Positions 26,731 to 47,609 of a stretch of 64,000 nucleotides of DNA are shown here, piece after piece (positions within the stretch are counted from its first letter, which is position 1; each line of letters opens with the position of its first letter). The notes beneath the pieces were generated by a model. The model was given only the letters and a program-made list of their open reading frames with translations, was not told the DNA's origin and searched no databases. The translations under genes were made by a program, and so were the position numbers. Source of the DNA: Thalia democratica (Eukaryota). Location of the stretch: the NCBI GenBank assembly GCA_965202585.1, contig OZ241832.1, forward strand, positions 4,712,001 to 4,776,000, given 5' to 3'.

Positions 26731-27633
26731 ACTAAAACGTTAAAAATAATAATCAAATCACTACCTATTCAAACAGTTTTGAAATTAAACTAACTTTTTT
26801 TACATTGCAAATGGAAAGTTTAATTACTTTTAAATACAATAATAAAGAAAAAATAAAACTTTGGTTTAACTATGCATTTATCAAAATTATTCTGTTTTTA
26901 TTTAGCCTAAAACTACACAAAACCTTTTATTTTAACACATAAGGAGTTAATTGTTTTGAAGTTTTATTTACAACTCATGGTTTCAAAATATATATAGTTT
27001 AAAATTTTAATCATTAAGCAGTCAATGTTGGTTATACGAACTCTAAGTTTATCTCTTTTTTTTTGTATGAATATCTAAAAAATACATTTTGTACATTAAA
27101 AAAACATATTCTTTTTCTGCAGATATACTAGTTTGTAAACCTTTAATTTGTATGAATTATTTGTTTAGAAAACTTTGATCGAAATGTTTAAAGAAGTTTC
27201 ACTTGTATAGATTTAAAAAAAATATATTTTAAAGGTTAAATAATACGAGTAGAGTGTTTTTTTAAACTGCTGATTTTATATAATGACAAATTTACACGGA
27301 TGACTATTTTTCAAAACGACACTTTTAGTTTGGTAGAATCAAAAAGGGATACTTTGAAATGTGAAATTAAATAGAAATGTGTGATATATTGAAAGACAAC
27401 TTTCTATACAATACATGTTTTAGTTTCATTAAAAGTACTTCTGTCAATAACATACTATATTTGAAGAATTTATTTTCCATTTGGAAAGTTTTCAATTAAC
27501 TACAAAGTGGTTGTACAAACTGTGTTAATAAAAACTATGCTCGTTTGCAAATTAAAATGTTTAAAAAAAATTAGAAAATAAGCTGATTTTTATTAAAATA
27601 TATTAATAAAAATTTGCGAATTTATATACAAAG

Positions 27634-27833
27634 CCCTTAACATTCGCATTAAAAGTGCTGTTCGGAAGGCGCACAAGCAAGTGTTTTGGTTTGTAAAAAA
27701 ATCAGTTTTATTTTTGATAGCAGCAATAAACTTTATTCGACGCAAAGTACCCTCAGTTGACAATACTATGATTCATATTTGATCCATATTTTGTGCGCCT
27801 TCCGGACAGCACTTTTAATGCGATTGTTAAGGG
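27634..27833. mobile_element. 200-bp MITE with ~43-bp TIRs starting CCCTTAAC (piggyBac-like terminus)
   Basis: CCCTTAACATTCGCATTAAAAGTGCTGTTCGGAAGGCGCACAA and its near-perfect reverse complement end at 27833. A TTAA TSD is not evident. Confidence 0.7.
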
Positions 27834-30800
27834 TTTACAATCAGATGCGCAAACATCTAATGAAATCAAAAAGTTAAGGTTTACACAACAACTCTATTTG
27901 AAAAGTAAATGACTGTTTATGTTTCATCATTGTTTGTAAAATGTTTATAAAATGTTACACTTATTTGATGAAAAGATTGTAAAATGGGTTTTCACATAAG
28001 TGAGTTTTTTCATTTTTAGTTGTGTTAAGTACAGCTGTGTACGAAAAACATTTCTTAAACATGATTGTATCATAATGATAGATGACAGAAGCTTGATGTC
28101 ACTGTTTTTTGAAACAATTAAATTATTATTTACATGTATGTTAAATATTTTACACAACGAAAGAAAATATTATTTTTTAGTATTTTAGGTAACTGTATCT
28201 GCCATAAAACATTTTTAAGGACAGACTGCTGTTCAAACTTCATTTAACTTTTAAATCTAAACATTCGAATTTAAACTAAAAGTATCTAAGTTTTTTGCTT
28301 ATAAGCTACGAAGAATAAAAGCAACGGAGTTTACTTTAATGCTTGAATAAAGTATCTGCTGCCTTCAGAAGATTCAAAATGGGAAATTCTCAATTGATGG
28401 TATTTTTTATCAAATAAAAATAAGCTACACCCCAGACTATAATAAAAGAAAGTAAACTAATAAAAAAGTGATACTTTGTTTAATTTGAAATTTTTACTAA
28501 AATTATGGCTTTATTATAATATTAAAAATTTGTATTAAGTATTGCTCTTTGTATTTATATTTTAATATTCAACTAATCTATAAAATAAGTCTAACCGATT
28601 AACTTTTTTTTTGATAACATTTTTTTCAAACTAGAAAGATAATACCTTAAACGTAAAAGTTTAGTAAAATTTTTAATGTTACATTTTATTTTTTGATTTA
28701 CGACTGATTGGTTAGTAACATTTAAAAGTAACAGTAGTAAAGTTAGAAATAAGGTTAGTTAAAGCTTAACAATTAATTATATAACAAGTTATTCTAAAGT
28801 TATAGCACGTCCTTTAATTCTTAATACTTTTAAATAACTATGAACCCAATTTGGTCTCCAATTCTAGTGTAAAAATAATTTTATTATAAAGCTTTGTTTT
28901 AGATCTAAGGAGATATTAATGAATAAAACTTTACATAAAAAAAGAAAAAAGAATAATGCTTATTTCCTCATCTGATCGAGGTAGCATTTATTATGAACCT
29001 GAATAACACATATTATAGACATACAACAAACAAGATAGATGATATATTATTGTTTATTGAATGACGAAAAAAAACACTCAAAATATTTGAACCAATGACC
29101 TAGTATAATAAAAAACCTTTCGATCATCGAGTCGCACACCACGGTTACCTTTTAACGTCTTTAAGACTATAAGCTTGAGGAGTTTGCATGAAAAAAAATA
29201 TTTAAACTATTAAACTTTAAATTTGCGATATAACTGTGTAGCTATCGAACTTAGTCGGTTCTAATATTGATTTTCACAAAAAGTTATTTTTTAAGCTTTT
29301 TAATCTTTTCGAATATTCCTTCAATACTTTTTTTTTTGCTTCAATTTCTTAAGTTTGTTTAGAGCTCTAATATAAAATATATAGATATAAAGGTTTTCGA
29401 GTTTAATTGTTTTATGTACTTTAAATTTTATAGCAGCAGAGTGCAGACATTTTAAACTTAATTTGTTATTATAACCCAAACAGAAAAACAATATACACCA
29501 AACATATTTTAGTCTTTTGTTATCTACCAAATGTAAATAGTTTTTCTAAAAAAGTTTTTAAGTATATTTGATTTTATTTAACCGAATCTTAACTTGTTTT
29601 TCAAAATTTATACAGTGGAAAGCTAATTATAAACAGTTATATAAGTAAGTCATAATTTGTAATAGTAATACTTATTCAATTAAAGATTTGTGTATTCTTT
29701 ATTTTTTAAATTTTTTGAGCAGAAAAATAATAAAACTTACGATCTTAAACTTTTCGAATAAATACACAACTGTAACGACTTATGAATTACAAAAGTCTAG
29801 ACTTTGTTATTAGCAAACATTTTGTTAATGATGCTTTGTTTTAAAACACCATTTTATCGTTACATAAGTATTTTGAATAGAGAATCTGCCAAATACTTTG
29901 TTGGAAAAAACACCCAATTCAAAAATTTTCCCAGACTTTTCCATTCTAGAAAAATCAGAATGAAAATAATCAAATTCAACTTGAAGAAAGAATAATAATA
30001 GTTTTGTTTGATATAGTGTTTCCTTAATGTATTAATAATTAAAGTTTCATTCATGTTTTAATAATAACTTAATTTGTAATTCAAAAATAAAAATTATGAT
30101 TTTTAGATTATTATTGAAAAAAAGCTATTATTAAATCCTAGATTTCTATTAAACCTAGAATATTTATACAATCTTTTTGTTTCTATTTTTTTCTTAAAAC
30201 ATATTTTAACTGCAATTCTTTAAGCAAACACTTTAATTTTACTAAGTTAAGTTTCCTTGCTATATAAACTTTCACACCGGACCAGGTCAACAAATTAGGA
30301 TTTTTGGTGAATGGTTTTTTGCACATCAATTGCCATATTTAGCTATATCTATTTTAAAATTTTGAAATAAAACTCTTAAAATTAATCATATTATTATTTT
30401 GAGTTAGCTAAAAGTAAGTCAAAAGTTAAAAAATGGTAAGCACTCTTTTAAAACTCATAACTGTCAATATTGACCTGAAAACAATTAAAAAGTCTACCAC
30501 AGGCAACCACACTACTTCCTTACATTATTATTTTTTCAATCATTACTAAAATTATATCTATATCACATATTTCTTGAGATCAAGTGATCAAGTTATATAA
30601 AAGCACATTTCTGTATTCTTTTTAGCTTGATGTATTAAATTGAATATTTGGTACTCAGCCACTACAAAATTTTATACTCTTGTGACAGAATTTCATACTC
30701 TATAAACAGAATTTGCTAGCTTGTGTTTATTAAAAGTACTTTTTCCTCTTATAACTTGTATTTCTAATTTAAATTTAACATAAACTTTTCTTCAAAATCG

Positions 30801-32092
30801 ATAAAACCTGGGCTAAGAATATAAGATTTTATCATTGTTTTATTTTTAAGTTTTTTCTAGAATGAAATATAAAAATGGTTAAATAAAGATCAATCATTGA
30901 TAGGCAATTAATATCCTAAAAAGTAAGCAGGAATCTGCTCATTATTACTAGAGTAGTTTTATTCAAAATTTTAAATCACCAAAAATATAATAATTGTTAA
31001 AAATCCAATCCCTAACATTTATCACAGTGTTAATTTTGTAATATTTTTTTAGTTGACTAGTTATTAATCTAAACAGTTCAATTAAAACTGATCAAGTCAG
31101 TCCCAACTTCAAAATTTTATTATGTTCATATAATAATTGTAGTGGTATTTTATTTACAAATTCAATAGATATAATATGATTTGACAATGTTTTTAAACTT
31201 TAATAACTTTCACATTAAATTCTAAATTATTATCCAAAAATGTTTTTTTTTAAGCTGAAAATAATTCTGAACATAAGTTAGAAAAAACAGTTTTTTGTAT
31301 TTTGGATAAAAAGTAGTTTGAGTTTTTACCCCACAAAATTTCCAAATGCAACTGAGTGTTCATTTTACCTAGAGCTCAATATTTAAAAAAAACTAGAAAA
31401 TTAAATCTATGTCATTAAAATTTAGATTTGACAAGAAAAAAAAAATGTTATGATCTAAGTTATACACAATCATTATTTTATTTTGTTAAAGTAATACTTT
31501 TTTCAAAAACATCTAAAGTAGTATTACAGTAAAATAATTTCTACTTCAGCATATTCTTACATTGAATTAAATTTTCTACAGAGTAAAAAGAACTAGAAAA
31601 CTTGTACTTTGAAATAAGTATTTTGAAGGGTTTCAAAAAACCTTGAAAGTATATATAAAATTAATTGACCACTCTGTTGAAATATATTGCTTAAAAAATG
31701 TAACAGACATGCTTCTAAAAATCAATTGTTTCTTGTCTTTTAAGTTGGTTCCTCTTCTAAAAAATTCCCTAAATTCAACATTTTAAGAAAGGTGAAATAG
31801 ACATTTGATTGTTTAGTTTTCAATATGAAAATAAGATTAAGTAAAAGATTTACCTAGACTACTACACTTCTCAAACAATATTATAAGGTGGGAGTATGGC
31901 AGCCCAAAAAAAAAAGGAATCTGTCTGCAGTCCTGCTTTTGAGTGAAATAAAAATTAATGTATACGAAGCAAGTTAAAATTTTATGCCTATTTGAGTACT
32001 CAAAATATTTTTCATTTAAAATAATAGAAATAAAGTAGTGGATTGATGTAAACATTCTACTATAAATTTTAGAAAAAAATATTTGGTTAACA

Positions 32093-32519
32093 CAGGGTTG
32101 CCACACACTCAGGAAACTTGAGGAATTCAGGGAAACTCAGAGATTTTCGATTCCTTTTTTTTTAACCCAGGGAAACTCATGGCAATTTTGATTTTTTCTA
32201 AAAATTTTAGGGAAATTTTAAGATTTTTAAAAATATCATGGAATTTTTTTATCTAGATATAGAATGAACTTTAGTTAATTCAGTTTCAAAATTTTGTTCA
32301 AAACAGTTAATTTATTTATTTAAGTGCTTAATTGAAATTTTTTAAGCCCTGCGGCTAGTTTTTTAATATTCTTTAAATTAATATTGTAATTTTTTAATAA
32401 ATAATAAGATTTTTAAGGTTTTGAAAAATACTCTGGGAAACTCAAGGAAGTTTAAGGTTACTCAGAGAAGTTTCTAGTAACTCAGGGAAGATTTTTTGAC
32501 CCAAAGAGTGGCAACCCTG
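32093..32519. mobile_element. hAT-like MITE (CAGGGTTGCCA TIR)
   Basis: CAGGGTTGCCAC...GTGGCAACCCTG with TTAACA duplicated on both flanks. Confidence 0.8.
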
Positions 32520-33679
32520 TTAACATAATAAAAAGATAATTTAGTATATTTTTAAGATTTTAATTAAAAAAATAATTTCAATGTTTACATTTTAGCACTG
32601 TTTATTGAATAAAGAAAATCAAGTATCCAAATATTACATATACTACAGTTGTATTAATAGTATATTGTTTAATATTAGTGATTTTAAATTTCTATTCTAA
32701 TTGTTCAATTTAAAGCTTAACTATTGATATTTTTTATTGTTGAGTTATTGGAAATTCATATCATATTCCCTGATTCTTATCAAGTTTTTTAAAACTTTTA
32801 CTTGATTTTTGATGTTTAAAGTATAAACTAAATAAAAAAATATGGTTTATATGGTTAAATGTTACTTAAAATATACAGAACTGTTATTACCCATTATTTT
32901 GTAAACAGTTTTGTATGCTGTCATATGTTTTTATGAAGTTCTTAAAAGTGTTTGTAAGATTTTTAAAATGCATGGACATATCATAATTGCTCTCAATACC
33001 TTTTTGTAAATTGAAGTTGAATTTTTTGTTGTTTTTTAAGAAATAGCTATGTTGTAAAGTATGACATATAAAAAGTTTTTAATGAACATTTTTCAACCAA
33101 TTAGTAAACAACATCAGCACTTATATATAAGAATTTAAAGTTGTACAAAAAGTATTTTTTTTTCATTTTTTGGTTACTACTGCTTGAAAAAATTATCTAT
33201 CACTTAAGTCTTAATCCAGCTTGAGCAGTTTTTTAGCTTTTTAGTCAATCCTAACAAAGAATTTAAATTTGTATATCAATTTTTTAAAACTAGTTTATAA
33301 TGTTAAGCATGAAAAGGAAATTCAGTTTAATCAAGTATTTGAGTTTAACTTCAACATTTTGCTGAAAACAAGATACAATTGGTTTTTATAATTTTTTTTT
33401 TTGTAAACCAAACACAATTTGATACTGTGTATATATTAACTGTGTAATTTGATTTTATTTTTAAAAAGAATGGAAGTTTTTTGCTTTATGAAGTTATTTA
33501 ATACAAACTTAAACCTTGAATAATGATTTTGTATTTTTAAATTGTGTGTGCTTTTATTAAGTTTTGTGATTGACTTGAAATTTTTATATTGTTATTACCA
33601 ACTTGTTCTTAATTGGATATTTTTGAAAAAGATAATTGTATGTTTAAATTTTATAAATGTGGCTACATATTTACTTTAA

Positions 33680-34364
33680 GGGCATAGGGGGAGGGGGGGG
33701 TAAACACCCTTTTTTGGTTTTTAATCTTATTTTATATAGTTTTTTCTAAGCTACAAGATGCTTTTTACAGATTTAAAAAATCAAAATAATTTTTGAGATA
33801 TAGCCAGTCAAAGTCGCAGGCAACAATAGGATCCTTATAGGAGGCGCAAACTAAAACAGCAAATAACTAGAAATTACTAAAAATCTATCTCCTCCTACCA
33901 TTTTTGAGATAACTACTTCAAATTTTCAGGAAATTTTCCTTGCAGTATTTAAAAAATTCTGTCGGAACAGAATTTATAAAAATAAAAAAATATAAATTTT
34001 ATAATAAAAACAATTAAAAAAAATGTTTTTTTTTGTATTTTTTATATAGAATTTTTATTTTTTAATATTTTAAAAAAATTTTCTGACAGAATTTTCTAAA
34101 TATATTAAGGAACATTTCCTAAAAATTTGAGGTAGTTATCTCAAAAAACGTAGGAGAAGATAGATTTTTAGTGAAATAGTATATTTTTACCATTTTAGTC
34201 TGCGCCTCCCATAAGGAGCCTATTGTTGCATCTGACTTTGACCGGCTATATCTCAAAAATTATTTAGAATTTTTTAAATCTGTAAATAGCATTTTGTAGC
34301 TTAGTTAAAACTATATAAAATAAGATCAGAAACCAAAAAAGTGTTTTAATCCCCCTGTATGCCC
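33680..34364. mobile_element. Kolobok-type MITE, ~685 bp, long internal inverted arms
   Basis: TTAA|GGGCATAGGGG ... CCCCCTGTATGCCC|TTAA. The two halves are imperfect reverse complements. GG termini with a TTAA TSD fit the Kolobok superfamily. Confidence 0.8.
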
Positions 34365-34641
34365 TTAACATTTGACTTGTAAATACTTCTATCATCTAAA
34401 TGATGTAACAGGGTAATTTACAAACACTCAGGCTAATTTAAATTTTATTAAACTAATCAAATTAACCGAGGCTAGTTTGATTATTTTTTCGATATATAAA
34501 AACTAAAAAAACTAATATTTGAGAACTTACTGTTCTAAAAGAACTCATAGGATACTACACTACTCAGAATATTAGCATGAAATGTTACCAGGTTTAAATT
34601 ATCTAGTGTTAAAGATATATCATTGTTTTTTATATGTAGAT

Positions 34642-34965
34642 CAGGGTTGCCACACACTCAGGATACTTGGTATTAAAAAACTAAGGCCAGTTATTTTGTT
34701 TTAACTCAAGAATTTTTTAAAATTTCTTTAAAATGTCAGTCCATTCTATTTTTTTATCTTAAATGGGATGTAGTTGTTCCAGTTTCAATATTTTGTTTGA
34801 TATAATTTTGTTAAGAAACTTAATTTTTATTGAATTAGAAAAAAATAGTTAAAATTTTGTCATATTCTTTAAAAACTTTTTCAAAAAAATTAAATAATTT
34901 ATGTTGACCTAAGACAGCTTTTGTTGACCCATGACAGTTTTTTGAATCCAAGAGTGGTATCCCTG
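34642..34965. mobile_element. hAT-like MITE (CAGGGTTGCCA TIR)
   Basis: CAGGGTTGCCACACACTCAGG ... GAGTGGTATCCCTG; related to the 32093 copy. Confidence 0.7.
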
Positions 34966-35031
34966 AAAGATGTAGATAAAATTATTTTTTGATTGATTTA
35001 AAAAAATTTGCTTCATGCTAATTTTCCTTAA

Positions 35032-35667
35032 GGGCATAGAGGGGGGTTAATCACTTTTTTCACCTTTTAACCTTATTTTAAAAAGTTTTAACTAAGCTAC
35101 CAGATGCTTTTTACAGATTTTAAAAATTCAAAATGATTTTTTGCATAAAACAAGCCGAAGTCAGAGGCAACAAAAGGTTTCTTCATGGGAGGGGCAAACT
35201 AAAACAGCAAATAACTAAAAATCACTAAAATCTATCTTCTACTTTTTTTAGATAAATATCTCAAACTTTCAGGAAATATTCCTTGAAATATTTAAAAAAA
35301 TCTGTTTGAAAGACTATTAAAGATTTATGACTAACAATAAAAAAAACTGTTTTTTAGTTTTTTTTCATTTACTTTCTAAATTAATTCTTTTTGTCAGAAT
35401 TTTTTAATATTGCAAGGAACGTTTCCTGAAATTTTAATGTATTTATCTCAAAAAACGTAGGAGAAGGTAGATATTTAATGAAATAGTCTTAATTTGCCGT
35501 TTAAGTTTGGGTCTCCCATTGGGAACCTATTGTTGCCTCTGACTTTGACCTGCTATATCCAAAAATTATTTAGAATTTTAAAAATATGTAAAATGCTTCT
35601 AATAGCTTAGTTTAAACTCTTCAAAATAAGATTAAATTGTGAAAAAAGTGATTAACCCCCTATGCCC
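35032..35667. mobile_element. Kolobok-type MITE
   Basis: TTAA|GGGCATAGAGGGG ... CCCCCTATGCCC|TTGA; homologous to the 33680 copy. Confidence 0.8.
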
Positions 35668-35986
35668 TTGAGCTGATAAGTTTAACTAACACCATAAAAC
35701 TTGGTTTTGCAAGATATGAGATACTATGCAAGCTAGCATTAGAGAATTAACCTAGCTTTTTTTTTGTACATTTTACTAAATTATTTCTATTTTTAAACTT
35801 CAAACTTTATTTATAAGAGTATATCTTTAAACTTATTAATCTTGTTTAAGAAGTTTTCTAAAGTTTTAATTTTACTTATCTTAAACTTATAACTTACTTA
35901 TCTTATTTTACTTATCTTAAACTTCCAACTGCCCTATAAATCCCTTAAACTTGCAATATTCTGAAAATCCCTATAAATCCCATAAA

Positions 35987-36330
35987 CAGGGTTGTCAAAA
36001 AACCTGGAGAAACCTGAAAAAACCTAGAACTTGATAATTTAGGCTAAAATACGTGGAATTTAAGAAACTTAAAAAAAAGAGCCTGGAAAATCCTGAAATT
36101 TTTAACAATTTTAACATGTTGGTGGTATTTTCTGATTTGACAAAAAAATATATATTCAATAGATATTTTTTTTTGTCATCATCAAATTTTTTTATTTTTG
36201 TAAAAAACACATTATAGTACCTTTGCAGTAGCTTTTCAATTGCAGTAGACACAAAAATGTGTATTTTTAAAAACCTGGAGGAAATTTTGAAAGCCCAAAG
36301 AAAATTTGCTAAAAAAATTTGGCAACCATG
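35987..36330. mobile_element. hAT-like MITE (CAGGGTTGCCA family, ACCTGGAA-rich subtermini)
   Basis: CAGGGTTGTCA ... TGGCAACCATG; internal sequence is homologous to the copies at 37002, 40165 and 7711. Confidence 0.7.
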
Positions 36331-36748
36331 GAAAGTAGTTTTTTTTAATAATATAAAACTGGTTTTAACCTACCATAACCGGTTTTAAGCTTGATATAAA
36401 TAGTTCTAAAATTTTTAGCATAAATAGAAGGCTCCTTTGAACTATTTATCATTTGCATTTTAATCTTCCAAGTAGAAGGTTATTGCATAAAGTTACTAAA
36501 AGTTTACCAAAAATTTTAGAACGCATATTAGTAATAAAGTTTTTAGAAATCTTTTAGTAGAAGTTGAAAAAAAAAGTTGTTTTAAAAAAGTTATTTCAGA
36601 GTAATTTAGTTTTTAAACTGTTTAGTTTTTGAATAGTTATTAACAAATAATACTTTTATATATTAGTACACTAAGTTATGCTGTGTTTAAAATTTTATGT
36701 AAGTTTTAGTTAGCTGTTCAAATATTTGAATAATTTTAGTAGTTCTTA

Positions 36749-36963
36749 CAAGGTTGCCACACTCAAGCTACTCAGGATAAATCAGGCTGATTTAAATAGT
36801 TTTTTTTTTGTATTTTTAAGTATTAAAGATTGATTAACAGCAATTTTTTTCAATTTCAAACTAACGTTTTTAATTTTTTTCATTAACTCTTGCTAGTATG
36901 TTATGAGTAAGGGTATTTTTTGTCACTTAGACTGGCTTTTTTGCTTTAAGAGTGCCAACCTTG
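36749..36963. mobile_element. hAT-like MITE
   Basis: CAAGGTTGCCACACTC ... GAGTGCCAACCTTG; flanks TTCTTA / TTCTTT. Confidence 0.65.
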
Positions 36964-37001
36964 TTCTTTAGAAATTTAGTCTAATATATTGAAGCTATTA
37001 A

Positions 37002-37375
37002 CAGGGTTGCCACTTTACCTGGAAACCTGGAAAAACCTGGATTTTTTAGGCTAATGTAACCTTAAGGCTAAAATAACCTGGAAAAACCTGTAAATTTTAA
37101 ATAATTTTAACATTTTCAGTTGTAAAATTTTGATTTGACACAAAAAATATATCATATAATTAAGAATTTTTGTCATTATTAAGATTTTTTTTATTAAAAA
37201 ACACATTTAAAGTAACTTAACAGTATCTTTTTAATATTTTTATACTGTTTAACACAGTATCTTAAATAGAAATTAACTTGAAACTAAAAATAGACACAAA
37301 AATTTGTATTTTTAAAAACCTGGAAGAAATTTGGAAAACCTAGAAAAAAATTTGAAAAAACAAGTGGCAACCCTG
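37002..37375. mobile_element. hAT-like MITE (CAGGGTTGCCA TIR)
   Basis: CAGGGTTGCCAC ... GTGGCAACCCTG with TATTAA duplicated on both flanks. Confidence 0.8.
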
Positions 37376-38139
37376 TATTAAGGGGTAGGGTGTGAATAAT
37401 TTATTTGAAAAGCTAAAGTTGACTATTGAGTATTAGCTTAGTATGGACAATCAATTACTTTTTTTATAACTAAAAAAATCCTTAACCTTTCATTTTTCAA
37501 ATGAATTTTGTTTAGAGATTTAAAAAAATACTGATAAATTTTTATTATTTATAAAAAAACGCCAGTTTTATCTCCCTATATTTAAAAATAACATAACAAA
37601 AAGGTTTTCATGATTAAATCTCTGTAAATTAAACTTAAAAAGTTTAAAAAAGATTGTAAAAATCTGTAGAATTTAATTTTGTAAAATAGTGCAGAAGTTT
37701 AAGTTTTGTACAGAAGCTATTTAAGCTCACCATTTTTGATGAAAAACTTCAGATTGATTTTCTAATTTCTAAAACATAACCAAATTATTTGTTATTTTAA
37801 CATTTACAGTTTTACTAAATAATAATCTGAAAATTTGAAAAAAGTTGTCAAAGTTTTGTTGTTCAAATTAAAATTTATCTTTTTCTAAAATCAGTTTTGT
37901 ACTCAATACCTGAAATATTTTCAAGTTCCAAGAATTATTTGACTTAAATTAGTCTGAAACCGCAGATAATGCTTATTTAGGTTTCTACACACTTGGACTA
38001 GATTAAATAAAATAATTAAATTAAATATTAGTTTTTGTCATTTAAAAATCTTTTTTGGAACAAATATGTTTTCTCTGCTAACATTTTTTTGTCATTTAGT
38101 TTTATTTTGTAAGTTGTTCAATCACAAAAAAATACTAGT

Positions 38140-38215
38140 TTAAGCTGGTTTTAAACCTGTTATAGCTGGTTTTAAACTTGTTATAGCTGGTTTTAAACCT
38201 GTTATAACTGGTTTT
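38140..38215. repeat. 21-bp minisatellite (AGCTGGTTTTAAACCTGTTAT) x ~4
   Basis: Directly visible tandem copies. Confidence 0.8.
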
Positions 38216-38863
38216 TAAATTTTAAGTATAAATTCAAGGCTGCTTAAAAGAATTTATCATTTGCTATAATTGTTGCAATAAGAAGGTGTTAGCATAAATT
38301 TTAATTGTTAGTTTTTTACTTAAAAATGTTACATGCACCAAAGTTTTGAGAAAAGCTTATTTCTATGTGTACATTGGAATCAATGAATCATAAAAAATTG
38401 AAAAAAAAAAAATCTAATTTTAAGTTTTTAAAGTGTTTGATAACAACAAAAATCTGTTGATTAAATTTTCATATTTTCATAAAAAAGGGACATTGATATT
38501 ATCCTACAAAATTTATAAAATATACAATTTTTATTTTTGCTGCTTTGAAATATCTAAATAAATTGACAAATTTAAAAGTAATCAGTGAATTAAGTTGATA
38601 AGTTTATACCATGGAGAAGTAGAATCTATCTCAACATTTGTTGTCTAAAAATTAAAATTAGGTATTAAATAACAGCTTGAAATATTAATTTATTAAATAT
38701 TATTATTTTTTCTTTAGTTTTGTACAGAACTATTGAAATAACCTTTCCTTTTATTGATCTAAAAACTACTTGGATTTTATTAAACTTTAAGAAGCATCTA
38801 GTAGCTAAAATAAAAATGGCTAATATTACTTTTAGAAATATGCTAGTGTTGTTGTTTTAATTA

Positions 38864-38883
38864 ATTTTGCTATGTTTTTACAG
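38864..38883 (+). promoter_or_regulatory. Splice acceptor 21 nt upstream of the Ran ATG (5'UTR intron or trans-splice acceptor)
   Basis: TTTTGCTATGTTTTTACAG|AAACCTATATAAAATAACAAAATG; no upstream exon was identified. Confidence 0.5.
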
Positions 38884-38904
38884 AAACCTATATAAAATAA
38901 CAAA

Positions 38905-45085
<6,181 letters not shown>

Positions 45086-47340
45086 ATTGTGACGTCATAA
45101 CACATGTGGCGACACGATTCCTTTGTTTAAAAAAATTAGTGAATTTTTGATTAAAATATTTTAGATGGTTTCTTTTCACATGAAATAAATTTTCCTCGTT
45201 TTTTGAAAGTTTGTCCTTGGTGTTTTAGAGAAAGATTATAACTATAACATGGGTAAACACATTTGATAGGTAAAAGTCATTTAAAAAACACCCGTTTTAG
45301 ACATTCTTAAGTAAGAATCGTTGAAAGATCCTTTAACACAATAGTAGGTAGTTATTTAAGCTTGCTTCTCTCCCTGAAGACGATATCGACTTTTAAATCT
45401 TGTGACGTCATAATATAGGGCTTTAAGGTGTCTTTGCTGTTTACATAAGTGCGATTTTATTTTATGTTTTTAATATCATAATTTAGATTACATTGTAACG
45501 GGTGCTTTTTAACACAAAGTAAAAATTTTGATTTATAAATTGGTAGTCAATTGTTGTGATTTTGAAATGTAGAGAATAAGATTGTTGGCTGTTTTCATAA
45601 AGTTAAGTGTTTTAAGGTTAGGCATGAAGTTTACTTTCAGGAAAGTTCGTATTCACTTCAGTAAATACTGCTTGAAAGTTATAAGGTCCGCTTTAGTTTT
45701 TGTAATAGACAAATAAGAGTACTAATCAATTAATCATGCTAAGTTAAATAAGCTTGTACATTTTAGGACCTAGATACTTGCCTTTTCACTTGAGATCTAT
45801 CAACGTAGGTTGTACTACTGTTTTAGTTTTCGGAGTGTTAAATTAATTGAGTATAAAGTATCAGCGGGAAACGTTCATAATCCACCCGCGTTCAATATCC
45901 TCCCAGTCAAATTCGAGAACCGCTTACCGATCGAGGGTTAGGGGTAACAGTGATAGTTAAAACTTGAAAATATATATTTAAAGTAAATTGGTTATAATAA
46001 ATATATTTAAAAATCAGGTGGATTTTGATTGTAAACCGTATCGGCAGCATTTTATAAGTCGCGGACCAGTTTTCCTAAATTAGTTCTACCGTGGGCTGAT
46101 CATTTCGAAAATAAATAACTATAGCGATAAATGTAAAATAGTAATTAAAATAGTCGCTAAAAGTGCAATAGGAAATAGTAACCTAACTGCAAACTAAGAT
46201 ACCTCATATTTCTGCTTTGTTGGCCAATTCGACCCTAAGGTCGCATTTGCCGATCCCTGACCTCTCTAGAGGAGTTAGCTAAATAGTATAAGTAGTATCA
46301 GTCTTCCGGATAGTATAGTAATTAAACGTTTTTAGTAAAATTTACAATTAATTAATATGCATAACATAATGTTTTTCATTGCTTTTTAACTATTAAATAG
46401 CTTCTTAAGACTAGGTGCATCCATAAGTATTCTACAAACATAAGTTAGTTAAGCGATAGTTTTGAGTGAACAATCCAGCAACATGATTCATAAAAGATAA
46501 TTTTTTTTAATGATGAATCGGGTAAATCAAAATTATTGTCATACCCTTATTCGAAATAACTTGTGCAAAACAATCTAGACTGTGTCTATAAAAGTAAAAT
46601 TACAAGTGTTTATTTTTAGGCAGTAAACATAATTATTACTTTATAATTGTATTTTGCACGGAACTTTTACGTTTATCTTTTAATCGAAATACTAGCCGTA
46701 AGACTTCTTTTAATCAATATAAAAGCTGCTGAAAATTTTATGCAGAGGTAAACGGCTCCTTTTGCTGCAAAAATTCTTTGCTTAAAAGGTTCTGAACTTT
46801 TAACATCTTATAATCAATTAAAGACGAATTTTCTTAGACCTTTAATGGGGTAACTACTGGTTTGATATTTTTTTGATTGCACTTTCTATCTTTTTGATAA
46901 AAAACTGTTTGGGTAAACATAACAAACGACGTTCAACCATAAAACCAAACTACTTTTGAACTGTGTGTAAGTTGCTATAGTTTCTTCTATTACAATATAA
47001 GTTCTAAATCTAACAACTCTATAGATCTGAACCTAAGTCGCTATAAGAAAATTTGATTATTCAAACTTTATGATAAGACCATGTTTCGTCAAGAACACCC
47101 CTCTTTTGTTTGAGTATAACTTTACTTTGACGGAAACAAAAATAAGTTAATATTGAAATCGAAATATCCAATCCGAAAACGATTCTTTAAAACTATATCT
47201 TAACATACTAATGAAAACGTCTTAAGTTTTAAAATTATCTGATAATCTAAAGTCTGTTTATTACTTTTTATTAAGCAAATCTTTCAAAACCGATCAATTT
47301 ACGACCATATTACCTGTAGAAACGTATTGTTGTACTAGTT

Positions 47341-47609
47341 CAGGGTTCAACAATATTTCATGATGATGGGACCAAATTTACTTAAAAAGCTCTTTGTATG
47401 TACAGAAGTTTTGGAAAGCTTTTAAAGTTTGTATGAGAAGAGACGTGTAACGAAACTAACATAGAATAGGCTTCAATTTAACTATAAGAAAGTTAAGCAA
47501 ATATGTAAACTAATATTTTAAAAAAGGTTGACGTTCTAAACTAGTTGTTTTCAAGTAAATGGCACGTTGCCGCCCAAAGTATTTAACGGTCATAGTTTGC
47601 CGACCCCTG
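47341..47609. mobile_element. hAT-like MITE
   Basis: CAGGGTTC... / TTTGCCGACCCCTG ends; flanks TACTAGTT / TAGTAGTT (7 of 8 match). A related right end occurs at ~46245-46259. Confidence 0.6.

Noticed and set aside
46400-47100. Possibly decayed coding sequence on the minus strand
   Set aside because: Too many stops and no recognisable motif to assign.
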